A stretch of 33,184 nt of DNA from Chiloscyllium plagiosum. Taxonomy: Eukaryota. Below, in pieces: positions 1 to 10,964 of this stretch (within the stretch, counting starts at the first letter, position 1; each line of letters opens with the position of its first letter). The stretch spans positions 102,434,120-102,467,303 of the forward strand of contig NC_057718.1 in NCBI RefSeq assembly GCF_004010195.1. Direction: 5' to 3'. Under the pieces are notes generated by a model, which was given only the letters and a program-made list of their open reading frames with translations, searched no databases and was not told where the DNA came from. Both the position numbers and the translations under genes were made by a program.

Positions 1-224
1 TCATTGGAGCACACAAGGGCCAAACAAAAAAATCCCTTTAAGGCAGTAACCAAAAGATACTTTTCATAATCACAAGGGAAATAAAAATCATGGAAATCAA
101 ACAAAGTAGCCTGAGGAAAGTAAAAGTGTATTAGCATTCATAAAAAATGACCATAAACTGTGTTGTCAGGTTGCAAAAATTGGTTTTCAGGTGAACAGTT
201 TACAGTTAGAAACAAAGATTTCAG

Positions 225-300
225 GGTGGCACTGTGGCACAGTAGTTAGGACTGCTGCCTCACAACACCAGGGACCTGGGTTTGATTCCAGACTTGGTCG
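225..300 (+). mobile_element. HE1-like tRNA-derived SINE, 5' part (split by a CR1 insertion)
   Basis: tRNA-like head (tggcacagtagttaggactgctgcctcac...gggtttgattcc) matches other copies in the window, e.g. 24152-24490; the body resumes at ~1426. Confidence 0.8.
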
Positions 301-1428
301 TACATGTATTTGTACATGTACTTGGATGGACATGTATTTGGAAAAGCAAGGACTGATTCGGGATAGTCAACATGGCTTTGTGCGTGGGAAGTCATGTCTC
401 ATAAACTTGATTGAGCTTTTTGAAGAAATAACAAAGAAGATTGATGAGGGCAGAGCAGTAGATGTGATCTATATGGACTTCAGTAAGGCGTTTGAGAAGG
501 TTCCCCATGGGAGACTGATTAGCAAGGTTAGATCTCATGGAATACAGGGAGAACTAGCCACTTGGATACAGAACTGGCTCAAAGGTAGAAGACAGAGGGT
601 GGTGGTGGAGAGTTNNNNNNNNNNNNNNNNNNNNNNNNNNNNNNNNNNNNNNNNNNNNNNNNNNNNNNNNNNNNNNNNNNNNNNNNNNNNNNNNNNNNNN
701 NNNNNNNNNNNNNNNNNNNNNNNNNNNNNNNNNNNNNNNNNNNNNNNNNNNNNNNNNNNNNNNNNNNNNNNNNNNNNNNNNNNNNNNNNNNNNNNNNNNN
801 NNNNNNNNNNNNNNNNNNNNNNNNNNNNNNNNNNNNNNNNNNNNNNNNNNNNNNNNNNNNNNNNNNNNNNNNNNNNNNNNNNNNNNNNNNNNNNNNNNNN
901 NNNNNNNNNNNNNNNNNNNNNNNNNNNNNNNNNNNNNNNNNNNNNNNNNNNNNNNNNNNNNNNNNNNNNNNNNNNNNNNNNNNNNNNNNNNNNNNNNNNN
1001 NNNNNNNNNNNNNNNNNNNNNNNNNNNNNNNNNNNNNNNNNNNNNNNNNNNNNNNNNNNNNNNNNNNNTTTACAAAATTATGAGGGACATGGATAGGATA
1101 AATAGACAAAGTATTTTCCCTGGGGTCAGGGAGTCCAGAACTAGAGGGCATAGGTTTAGGGTGAGAGGGGAAAGATATAAAAGAGACCTAAGGGGCAACT
1201 TTTTCACACAGAGGGTGGTACATGTATGGAATGAGCTGCCAGAGGATGTGGTGGAGGCTGGTACGACTGCAATATTTAAAAGGCATTTGGATGGGTATAT
1301 GAATAGGAAGGGTTTGGTGGGATATGGGCCTGGTGCTGGTAGGTGGGACTAGATTGGGTTGGGATATCTGGTTGGTATGGACGGGTTGGACTGAAGGGTC
1401 TGTTTCCATGCCGTACGTCTCTATGACT
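301..1428 (+). mobile_element. 5'-truncated CR1-type LINE (RT fragment and 3' end), spans an N gap
   Basis: Translates as SQHGFVRGKSCLINLIELFEE...VDVIYMDFSKAFEKVPH...WIQNWL (CR1 RT) and ...RGNFFTQRVVHVWNELP (ORF2 C-terminus); ends in a ctctatgactct tail. Confidence 0.93.
615..1068. other. Assembly gap (454 N)
   Basis: Run of N. Confidence 1.
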
Positions 1429-1670
1429 CTCTGTGCAGTTTGCACATTCTCCATGTGTCTGCATTTGTTTCGTCCGGGTGCTCCAGTTTCTGCCCACAGT
1501 CCAAAGACGTACAAGCCAAGGTGAGTTGGCCGTGCTAAATTGCCCCATAGTATCACAGGGACATGTAGACTAGGTGGGTTAGCCATGGGGAATGCAGGGT
1601 TACAGGGATGGTTTGGATCTGGGTGGGTTGCTCTTCAGAGGGTCAGTGTGGACTCGATGAGTCAAATAGC
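1426..1670 (+). mobile_element. HE1-like SINE, 3' part
   Basis: gtttgcacattctcc...cccacagtccaaagacgt...gctaaattgcccc body, shared with the other HE1-like copies. Confidence 0.8.
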
Positions 1671-2074
1671 CAATGACACGTATCCTTGTTGACCGTGTCA
1701 TTTATTTTTTAAGTATTCCATTCTGGTAAAAATGAGTGTCTCTGAGTCGTTAAGAATCTCAGATACAGCCTTGTGTTTTATGAGTCATGACTGTCACTCC
1801 CTATATTTCCATGATGCTGACAGTTCTGCAGCTTGTTCTTTTTTTAAAATGATAATCCTAGAAAGAACACCCAACGGGCAAGTAACCTAGAGTCCTGACA
1901 TCAATCAGATGCTTATTTCACTGTATGTTCTCTCTGCCCCATTCCCTAGTTAGTAACTCACTTTATACCACCATGTGTATGCTCTATTCAGAAAAATAAT
2001 GATTACCTTTAGTTGATATGCTCACCATCGTTTCCTGACTTGGAGACGCAGTCTCACTGTGGGGGTAGGCTGGT

Positions 2075-2250
2075 TTACGGCTGAGCTGAGGAGGAATTTC
2101 TTCAGAGAGCGGCATATTTGGTCATTCTCTGGCCCAGAGGGCTGCGGAAGCTCAATCGTTGAGCAGGTTTAAGAGATCAATAGACTTCTCGATCAAACTG
2201 AATAGCTGAATAAGCACGAAGAGCCAAGGTAATCTACTCCTGCCCATTAT
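2075..2250 (+). mobile_element. Old CR1 3' fragment
   Basis: ctgagctgaggaggaatttcttc...gagatcaatagactt resembles the CR1 3' end at 12838-13090. Confidence 0.6.
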
Positions 2251-4227
2251 TGTGATGTTTGGATTCAGTCACACATTAAAAGGATCAGATTGTGATCGAG
2301 TTGGACTGGACTTAGCCTCCTTCAGAAATGGGGAATGGGAGGTGGTTCTCAGAGCTATTACTGGTTACTTTTGCAAGCACAAGGTTACAAAGTACGGTTA
2401 CCAGGATGGACCGGTGACCCATGTCCTGTGAATTTCCTAGCTCCATTGCAGGTGAGTGAGCAGATCAAACCATTCCCCTGCTCTTCACCCCCCCATCCCC
2501 TCCCCCCCCCCCCCCCCCAAGCAAACTGCCCCACTCAGCAACTCCTTATGAAGTCCGGTTCCTACAGTAAAGATATATGGTTCACTGCACTTCAGAGGTG
2601 TCATGCATCACAGGAGAAACCCAGCCTCTTGGTGGGGGGACTATAAAGGAACTGTCACCTGCTGTTGGATGCTTTTGTTGATAGGCTTTGAAGTACAATA
2701 ACGATATGTTCTTTCAGTTTCAATAGCTAGATGCCGTATTATGAGCTGGGTGTGTTTTTACTGTGATGGTTAATTAAAGGGATCTGTTCTGCAATCAAAC
2801 ATTAATGCCCCCGCACATACGTGTAACAATACATTAAAGCACTTTTCCCAATTGCATTCAAAACCAATAGATTCACTGCTTAGGACCTAGAGCTGTCCTG
2901 ATGCAAAGCAACTTAACTGTACACACCCATTTTAAGTTTCAAAAGAAAGTTGCTCTGCAGCTTCCCATAGACAGAATAATAACAGATATCTGTTCTTGAA
3001 ATGCATTGATCAGCTGGTCATCTGATGTAGCTTAGGAAATGAAATAAGTGCGTTTATCTTCGCATTTTAATAGGCTGCTTTGTCTGTGAGTTTTACTGGT
3101 TCGTTTGGAGACTGGACCGATTATAAATGCTTTATTGAGTTTGAAAAAAAACAAGAGGCTGTGTAGACTACTTGATTGACAATTTTAAGAGGAGATGAAG
3201 GATTCTCTTTCTTTGAAGTTGTTTTTTTGCAACAGGTGGATTACTTGACAGAATTAAAGTTTTTGAATTGGTTTGTTTAATTAGAGTATTTTTCAATCTG
3301 AAATGACAGCTTTTTTAGATTTGCTGAAAATGTAGTAATTTTAACATCCATTTCAAAGATATGTCTACTGAGGTCTATCCGTGAGGATACAGGGTACATA
3401 GTTACCAAGGATATATCGGTAACATGGTGGGTGGTATTGGGCAGAACTGAGGAGATATAGGAGGCATGGATTAGAGAGAGGGTGTGAGAGACATAGTTGG
3501 TGGTTAGAGGGTGAGAAGGGGGGAGGGTTTGAGGTTCTGACTATTACAGCTTCACCTTCCTGCCTGCTCCACAGTTACTGAACAGTGGGCATGCACTTAT
3601 TGACAGAAGTTAAAAATAGGCAGGTGTCTTTTCCCATTCAGTGCATTCTGGACTGAAGTCATCTGCAAGTGACTCAAGGATTGATTCTGTGACTTTTCTG
3701 GCCTGTATGATTCAGTATCACACCGCACAGTCCATGAACTACTGACCAGAGACTCTTTTGTCCAATACCCAGGGAAGAACACATCATTTTCTTTGCCATA
3801 TATGGTCATTCATCCTTGCTATTGTCCCCTGGATCTTTCATAATGTGTTGAGAACAAAATCACAGAACAACTGTATACACTTGTGTGAAAGTCGGGCTTC
3901 TGATACAAAATCTGAACCAAAGTGCCAGAAGTTGAATTTTACACAAGTAATATTTTCAAGGGGTTTCAATCCACTCTCTTGGGTTCCCACAGTTGCCACA
4001 ATGGAGGCTGTTCTCACTAACCCTTAAAATAGTGCAACAGGAGCCAAAGGCATTTTTGAATTGCTAATTATAAATACAGAACAACTTGCATGGAGGCAGA
4101 CTTAACATGGCTACAATAAATTCATCAAAAACATAAGCCATATGTACAAATTTATAGGATTCCACTCAATTTGTTCACAGGACAGCAAGGAATGTGTATT
4201 AGCAGTAGAGCATGCAGTGACTGTCCA

Positions 4228-5368
4228 TTAAAAATCCAAAAATTCGTCTGTCTCCTCATTTTCAGAACCAAATAATGTGTCTCAATCTGCTTCTTGAATG
4301 GAATCTTCATGTGAATCATCAGCATCATCTTCATCAGCAAACATTGGCCATATCATTCCACAAGAAATCAGATTCTGTCCCATCAAGTGCACTGGATCTC
4401 CCAGATTTCTGAATATGATGCCAGCCTACAAACCAATCAGCCAGGGGGTGATCTCATCCGAGCCTATACAATGTCTCAATTGGTGAATGGCTTCTCTCCT
4501 CTGATCATTCAGTCATTCCATTTTCTCTTGTGCTATCGTCCAAGGGCTTATTTGGAGACATATTCAACAGTTGAACAAGTTGATCTCTGGGAATTTGTGA
4601 GCTAATGTCAACAATAGCCTCTATGACAAGGTGTGATCTGAAAACATCCCAGGTGATCACTAACCAACGGCTCTTCAGACCTTTCGCTTAGGAAAACCTC
4701 CTGGCTGGAAGCTCCAAAGTTCCCTCAGCTGTATCTTAAAGACACCTTTGTGGATCCATCTTTATCACCAAATGGGAAGCTACTCATTTTGGCAGCTGTT
4801 GTTTCTTGGAAGATTTTAAACTGGATATCACCATCAGTTTAAACTTTGCAACCCCCCCCCCCCCCCCAAGACGTTCACAATGATACAATCGTGAATCCAC
4901 CCTTTCCATAGCCAATTGGCTTCATGAGCACCATTTTATCACCAACTTTTCTTACCATTTGATTATATACCATCGATAGGTGATAAGCCTGGCATTGAGT
5001 CCTGCTGGGAGCTGCTGTGAAATCTTGATATTCTGTCACAGTACAAGTGTTTTTCTCTTCATAAACCTGGTAACCATCTAGGATTTGCTTTGAAATCTGT
5101 AAGGCCTGATTTTCTTGATCGCCTTCAGGTCAAGATTTGAACAGTTCCTTGAGAAACTGAGACTCCAATCTGGCAATTTACACTGACATATTTTCCAAAT
5201 GAGGCCGCATGCTAGGCGATCCTCTGCTAGCGTGTTTAGTCTCTCATGTTCTTCTCAGTTATCGTGAATTCTGTAGCTGCTACTCAATTATTTTTCCGCT
5301 CCACAATCTCAGTGACTTTAGATCAAACTGGATTGCATGCTATATTGAGCATTACTCAAGTGTTCATG
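4228..5368 (-). mobile_element. Decayed pogo-family (POGK/Passer-like) DNA transposase
   Basis: Manual minus-strand translation across stops and frameshifts gives these blocks in the expected order: KVTEIVERKNN*VAATEFTITEKNMRD* (Brinker-type HTH), KVGDKMVLMKPIGYGKGGFTIV, AKFKLMVI, LWSFQPGG, ITWDVFRSHLV, VQLLNMSPNKPLD, RKWND*MIRGEKPFT, ALDGTESDFLW and an acidic tail FGSENEETDEFLDF. Confidence 0.85.
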
Positions 5369-5427
5369 GTATATAGCACAAAAAGTGGCCATTCTTCCCA
5401 TCATGTCTATGCCAGTCCCTGTTCTGG

Positions 5428-5812
5428 GGGAGTTAGTGGCATCGTGCCAATGTCACTAGACCAGCAATTCAGAGGCTCAGGTCAGTGTTCTGGAGGCATG
5501 GGTTTCAAATCTCACCACAGCGGCTGGTGGAATTTAAGTTTGATTAATAAAATCTGGAAGTGAAATCTGGCCTCCGATATGGCACCATTGCAACTGTCAT
5601 CGATTGATATGAAATCCTGGCAGGTTCACTAAGGCCTATTTAGGGAAGGAATTTGCCACCATTACCCAGTCTGGCCTATGTGTGAACCCAGGCCCACAGC
5701 AATGCAGTTGACTCATAATTGAAGTGGTACAGCATCCACCCAGTCCAAACGCAATGAGCAACAATCATTGGCATGGCCATTGACTCCCATCTCATAAAAT
5801 AAAAATTTAAAA
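5428..5812 (+). mobile_element. tRNA-derived SINE (family sharing its 3' tail with the CR1/L2-group LINE)
   Basis: A/B-box-like head (tagtggc...gggtttcaaatctcacca), body cccacagcaatg..gttgactc, A-rich tail; related copies at 6530-6845 and 12400-12790. Confidence 0.75.
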
Positions 5813-5984
5813 ACTGAGCTCAGCCAGGGCAATGATAGTTCTACTGCAAATCCAAGTGCTCTCAGATCACGGGAAGAGAAATCAGCCATGGTTCTAATCC
5901 CAATGACACAAAAGTCACTCCCAATTCTTTTCTTGTTGTTGCTAGGGTGACACCTTGTACATTCTCCAGATTAAACCGGCTCTT

Positions 5985-6292
5985 TCAGGACCACAGCTGG
6001 TGAGGCTGACATTTCCTGCTGACAGGCTTGACTTTGACAGAGGGAAAAAAAACAGCACAACCAAAAATGCCAACAGCAAGGCCAATTCCTAGTCTTCCAC
6101 CAGCCCGCTCCTGCCCATTGGTAAAAAAAAATAAATTGACCGTTCCTGCATATCTGTTCTTTAAATAAACATCAAAGACTAATTTTTACCTCAGTTACTG
6201 TTCAAAACTAAAGCAGCTACAGTTGTTTTGGTACATGGTGTTAAAATAAAGGAAATAAAAAGACATGGTCTTTACAGCAGTCAGTTCCTGTC
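5985..6292. promoter_or_regulatory. Candidate haematopoietic enhancer in PLEK intron 1
   Basis: Non-repeat island with RUNX ACCACA (5990-5995) overlapping E-box CAGCTG (5994-5999) and ETS CAGGAA cores on the minus strand (6011-6018, 6143-6148, 6283-6290). Motif evidence only. Confidence 0.35.
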
Positions 6293-6399
6293 AAAGAACT
6301 GCTGGCAATCCAACTTCTGCCTTATTTGCATGCTGCCATTATATGCATCAATGCACACGAAATGTTCTCCATCACAAAAACATTCACTAGATCACCATT

Positions 6400-6905
6400 T
6401 GCTCACTGTCGTTCCATCCTGGAACTCCCTGCTATTCTGGGTGTCCTTACACCACAAGAAATGCAGTGGTTCAACAAGGTGGTTCACCACCAGCATCTAA
6501 AGGATAATCTTCTCCAGCAGTCCTGGAGACATAGTGGTAATGTCCCCAGGAATCCAGAGGTGTCGGTTAGTGATCAGGTGCTATGTATTCAAATGCCACC
6601 GTGACAGCATTTGGATTCGGATTCCGGGATTGCAAGCTAGTCTCAGGAACCACGAATATCGTAAAAAACCCGCCAGGTTCATCAATGTCATGGGAAGGTA
6701 GTCTGTTGTCCTGACCCCTGACCCACAGCAATGTAGCTGAGCCTCTGAAATAACCTGGACAGCCATTCCGCTCAGGGGCAAATAGGACAGACTACAAGTG
6801 CTGGTCCTGTTAGTAATGCTCACACCCCATGAAAGAATACTGGAAAAATTAGGGATGGGCAATAAGTGTTGGCCCAGCCAATCACACTCCCATTCTGTGA
6901 ATGCA
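6400..6905 (+). mobile_element. LINE 3' tail fragment interrupted by a tRNA SINE (6530-6845)
   Basis: atcctggaactccct...gcagtggttcaacaagg...caccaccagcatctaaagg continues at ~6848 as ttagggatgggcaataagtgttggcc; a SINE with a tagtggtaatgtc head lies between. Confidence 0.65.
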
Positions 6906-7324
6906 ATAAACACATAATGAAATATGTTCTTTTGTAGGTAACCATTGTGAACCTGGGTACACAAGAAGCACATTCATTATGTGGGGCATTTAAAAGGAGG
7001 TTTATAGCTAAAAGTTGAATTGAACAAATGAAACAAGAATGTTGAATTCCAACAGAGATACATTGACAATGTACATTTCTGTACTTATAACCGGATGTTT
7101 ATAATTAGTCTATTCACCGCTGTAGCCTTTAATAGCATCAGCATCTTACTTACATACAAAAGCCACATCAATAAAATCTGGAAGTAAACACCAGAACCTG
7201 AATCAGCTGCTGACAGCTTACATAAACCGTTAAAAAGAAACTTGTGTAAATATTACTCTGCATAGGGCCTTTGGAAATATTACTTCCTCCATGTTTTTAC
7301 AATACTGCCATACACAGTAACCAA

Positions 7325-7885
7325 TCATAGAATCATCGAGAGTCATACAGCACAGAAACAGACCCTTCAGCCCATGCCAAACACCCAATCCCAAACTAAA
7401 CTAGTCCCACCTGCCTGCTCCTGGCCCCTAACCCTCAAATGTCTTTTAAATGTTGTAATCGTACCCACATCCACCACTTCCTCTATACGTTCATTCAATA
7501 AATGAGCCACTCTGTTTAAAAAAATTGTTCATGTCCTTCTTAAATCTCTCTCCTCTCACCTTAAAATATTACCCCTAATATTGAAATCCCCCCACCCTAG
7601 GGAAAGGGCACTTGCTATTCACCTTACCCTCATGTTTTTATAAACCTCTATAATGTCATCCCTCACCCTCCTATACTCCAGTGAAAAAGGTCCCAGTCGA
7701 ATTCAAACCCTCCATTCCTGGCAACATCCTGGTAAATCTCTTCTGAACTCTCTTCAATTTAATAATATCCTTCCTGTAGCAGAGCGACCAGAACTGTACA
7801 TAGTATTCCTCTTACACTAAAAAGTCTGAGCAATGAAGGCAAGTGTGCTAAATGCCTTCTTAACCATCTTGCCTAGATGTGATTG
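7325..7885 (-). mobile_element. CR1-type LINE 3' fragment
   Basis: Reverse complement of the CR1 3' end with (tcatagaa/tcatcgag) tail repeats; similar to 26910-27735. Confidence 0.88.
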
Positions 7886-8179
7886 AAGTCAGGTTATTCT
7901 CTGCAGGGCAGAGGCCTGAGTAAATAGAGGCATGAAACAGTGTGGGCTCTCAAAAAAGGTTCGGCAGCAGTAACAGCTTTCATTCACCGAGTATCTTTGA
8001 GGTTAAAAGACAAAAAACAGGTAATGACAAATATGGAGATATTACGAAAGTTGGGACTTCAAGAAGCAAAGAGGAGAGAGTGATGGAGAATTGAAGGGGA
8101 TTGGGCACGGAATTACAGAACATGCTGACTGGATTAGTGGAGGCTCAGCCACCAGTGGTGAGGCAAGGAGAGGATGTGA

Positions 8180-8752
8180 GGATTGGTGATGGCACAGCCA
8201 CCATGTTTAAAACAGTTCTCTGGAAGTTCATTTCACACATAAACCACCATGCAAAAAAATTGCCCCACATGTCTTTCTTAAATCTTTCTCCTCTCACCTT
8301 ACAAATATGCCCCTTGGGCTTAAAATCCCCCACTTTAGGGACAAGACACCTGTCATTCACCTTATTTATACTTCTCATGATCTTAAGAACCCTGATAAGG
8401 CCACCCTCAACTTCTTATGCTCCAGTGAAAGAAGTCCCAGCCAACCCAGCATATCTTTGTAACTCAAACCTTCCATACCCGGCAACATCCTGGTAAGTCT
8501 ATTCAGAACCCTCTCCAGCTTAATAATATCCTTCCTATAACAGATCAACCAGAACTGGACAGAGAACTCTCGAAGACAACTCACCAACTTTTATACAACT
8601 CAACATTATGTCCCAATTCCTATTCTCAATGGTCTGAGCAATGAAGTGCGCTAAACATCTTCTTAACCATCCTGTCTACATGTGATGCAAACTTCAAAAA
8701 ATTATGTATCTGAATCCCTTGGTCTCTCTTTTCTACAACACTACCCAAGGTT
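8180..8752 (-). mobile_element. CR1-type LINE fragment
   Basis: Minus-strand ORF pieces VQFW...KDIIKLERV...RMLPGMEGLSY and KGHICKVRGERFKKDMWGNFF. Confidence 0.88.
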
Positions 8753-9009
8753 CAGGCTATCCAGATGGCTGCTATTAAAGCACTTTGTCTTATTTCTAAT
8801 GTTACCTGATCTAAATATATGAGAGATGTGGACACGATATTCGACTTAACAGTGGGATTTTACCTAAGAGTACATCAGCAGACAAAACAGTACTGGACCT
8901 GACTTTAACACTAAGCAAGTGGGTAGATTTTGAATGGGTTAAAATCAGGCTCATTAAGTTACAGAATGTCAGAATTTTATTTAAATTGAGAAAAAAAAAC
9001 ACAAATGGA

Positions 9010-9442
9010 CTTGAGGGGGAACTTGTACATGAGACACAGAAAGCTAACACACAGGTAATCAGGAAGACTAATGGTATGTTGAGCCTTATTTCAAGGGGGT
9101 TGGAATATAAGAGTGGGGAAGTCTTACTGTAACTGTACAAGATGCTGGGGAGACCAGTTTTGGTCCCCTCATTTATTTCATTGGAGTCAGTTCAGCGAAG
9201 ATTTCCTGGGATAAGCCCTGGTATGGAGGGATTGTCTTATGGGTAAAGGTTAAACAAGTTGGGACTCTATTCACTGGAGTTGAGAAGAATGAGAGAGGAT
9301 CTCATTGAAACATATTAGACTCTTAAAGGGCTGGAACTGCTGAGAGTTTTTTTTTAACTCATGGGAAAGTCGAGGACACAGCCTCAGAATAAAGGGGCAC
9401 CAATTTCAGACTGAGATGAGGAGGAATTTATTTTCTTAGCGG
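9010..9442 (+). mobile_element. CR1-type LINE fragment
   Basis: ggacttgaggggga...ggtatgttgagccttatttcaagggg...agaagaatgagagaggatctcattgaaacata; degenerate ORF2 C-terminal region. Confidence 0.8.
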
Positions 9443-9569
9443 TCTCCACGTGTTCTGCAAACCTCTTGGTGGCAAAAGTTGATCGGTTTTTATCCTCCCC
9501 CCCTCCCCCTTCAAAACTTCTGCAGAGTAACGCAGCTGTACGAACACACTCGACATCACAAAGTTGGTA

Positions 9570-9782
9570 AAAACAATGACTGCAGATGCTGGAAACCAGA
9601 TTCTGGATTAGAGTGGTGCTGGAAGAGCACAGCAATTCAGGCAGCATCCGAGGAGCAGGAAAACTGACGTTTCGGGCAAAAACCCTTTATTCCTGACGAA
9701 GGGCTTTTGCCCGAAACGTCGATTTTACTTCTCCTTGGATGCTGCCTGAACTGCTGTGCTCTTCCAGCACCACTGATCCAGA
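9570..9782. mobile_element. Fold-back non-autonomous Penelope-terminus element with hammerhead core and 15-bp TSD
   Basis: Inverted arms ~9599-9687 and ~9699-9785; left arm matches the terminus of the Penelope at 10965; direct repeat atcacaaagttggta at 9555-9569 and 9783-9797. Confidence 0.85.
9693..9720 (+). ncRNA. Minimal hammerhead ribozyme-like motif
   Basis: CTGACGA-A-GGGC-TTTT-GCCC-GAAA-C-GTC: intact core boxes, 4-bp stem II, palindromic ACGT in place of stem III, GUC cleavage triplet. Stem I is only ~2 bp. Confidence 0.65.
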
Positions 9783-10137
9783 ATCACAAAGTTGGTACGA
9801 CTGGCCTTTAAAAAATGAAACTTGAGAGAAAGCAATGAGCTCTTAGAGAAAACCGTTTTCTGCGGGCACTTCCCCTTGATAGTTCAACTTCTAGATAAAC
9901 AATGTTTCAAAACGTCTGTTAACCGCGAGTAACAAAAAATCTTGTTTTTCAACTGTAAACAATGAGTCAAACAAAAAGAAACTTGACGAATTCATGATAA
10001 TAACTTTTAATCGCAATGAAAGCAGTCATCTTTTGTCTAAGTCACTGCAACTTGGGTTTAAGAGCTCAGCGTCAGTATGAAGTGAGACGGGAACTGGGTC
10101 TTGCTAAAATATATTGCGTATAAGCACAGAGAAACAG

Positions 10138-10163
10138 TCTCTCTCTCTCTCACACACACACAC
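10138..10163. repeat. (TC)n(CA)n compound microsatellite
   Basis: tctctctctctctcacacacacacac. Confidence 0.9.
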
Positions 10164-10464
10164 ATTTGACCACTTCTTGTTGGAGAAGTTGCAATCCACA
10201 GTGACATTACAAAGTAACCAGAGGAAAATGCTTAGACTTGCAAATAGTCCTGAAGAGTACAGAGAGCTACTCAGCGTGGAGACAGATTCCAACTGGGTCC
10301 TGTCAAAGATATTGACCCACTGTGGGGTTAGACCCCTAACCTCTTGCAGAACATCTATTTACTGAGAACAATGTTGACAACACCCCACGGGCAAATCTGA
10401 AAATCCCAGTTCAGAAAATACATCCCCAGCCTCTCCTCCCAGTGGATCCGCAATAATGATCTAC

Positions 10465-10512
10465 CTTTTTCACAAGGTATCCCTCCCGGACAACTTTGGC
10501 CTCCTCTTCCAT
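10465..10512 (-). CDS. PLEK: Pleckstrin, first coding exon (MEEEAKVVREGYLVKK)
   Basis: gccATGg Kozak context; peptide matches the recalled human pleckstrin N-terminus MEPKRIREGYLVKK; ends in phase 0 at AAG|GTAGAT; divergent from CNRIP1 as in human. Confidence 0.9.
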
Positions 10513-10597
10513 GGCTTTGTGCTCCTTGCTCTGTGAGCAGACAGACCTCAGGCTATGTTCCAAATGACCGTCTTACCCACTCACCGCCCCTTTTTTT

Positions 10598-10750
10598 GTT
10601 CTATATAGAACGTTATTTCCTTGTGTTGCATCACGAGGACCAGGAAAGTAAGTTTCCGTTCTCAACGCTGTGTAAAAACCTCAAGAAACGATTGCTGATA
10701 AAGTAAAGCAGTACCCTGTTCGACAATTCATTGAGAATGGAAGTGAGAGA
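10598..10750 (-). promoter_or_regulatory. Putative PLEK proximal promoter
   Basis: TATATA at 10602-10607, ~90 nt upstream of the ATG; GGAA cores at 10615-10621, 10641-10648, 10652-10659 and GGAAGTGA at 10739-10746; GATA site TGATAA at 10696-10701. Fits a haematopoietic gene, but is motif evidence only. Confidence 0.5.
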
Positions 10751-10964
10751 TGAATTTTCGCTGCTGGTTAATCCACTTGAGGTGATTATGTATTGGTGGC
10801 TGCAGTCAATTTTACCCAGCAGAAACAATTTTTTTTATTATGAAAAAACATACATCTGTAATTTGAAATAGTTTATAAATACAATGTTTTACAACACCCT
10901 GTTATCTCACTATGTTTGGGCATCTGTTCACATCCCATCTGAATAAGGCAAAGTATTGCATACC

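Noticed and set aside
191..1151. Long ORFs 191..1096 and 579..1151
   Set aside because: Their length is inflated by the N gap; the real content is a SINE head plus CR1 RT.
2020..2070. Minus-strand ...aaacgatg|gtgag as the end of PLEK exon 2 (…KRM)
   Set aside because: No frame gives KRM and the upstream sequence does not translate to the PH-domain exon.
2335..2646. Proline-rich 103-aa ORF
   Set aside because: The polyproline comes from a poly-C homopolymer; no other coding signal.
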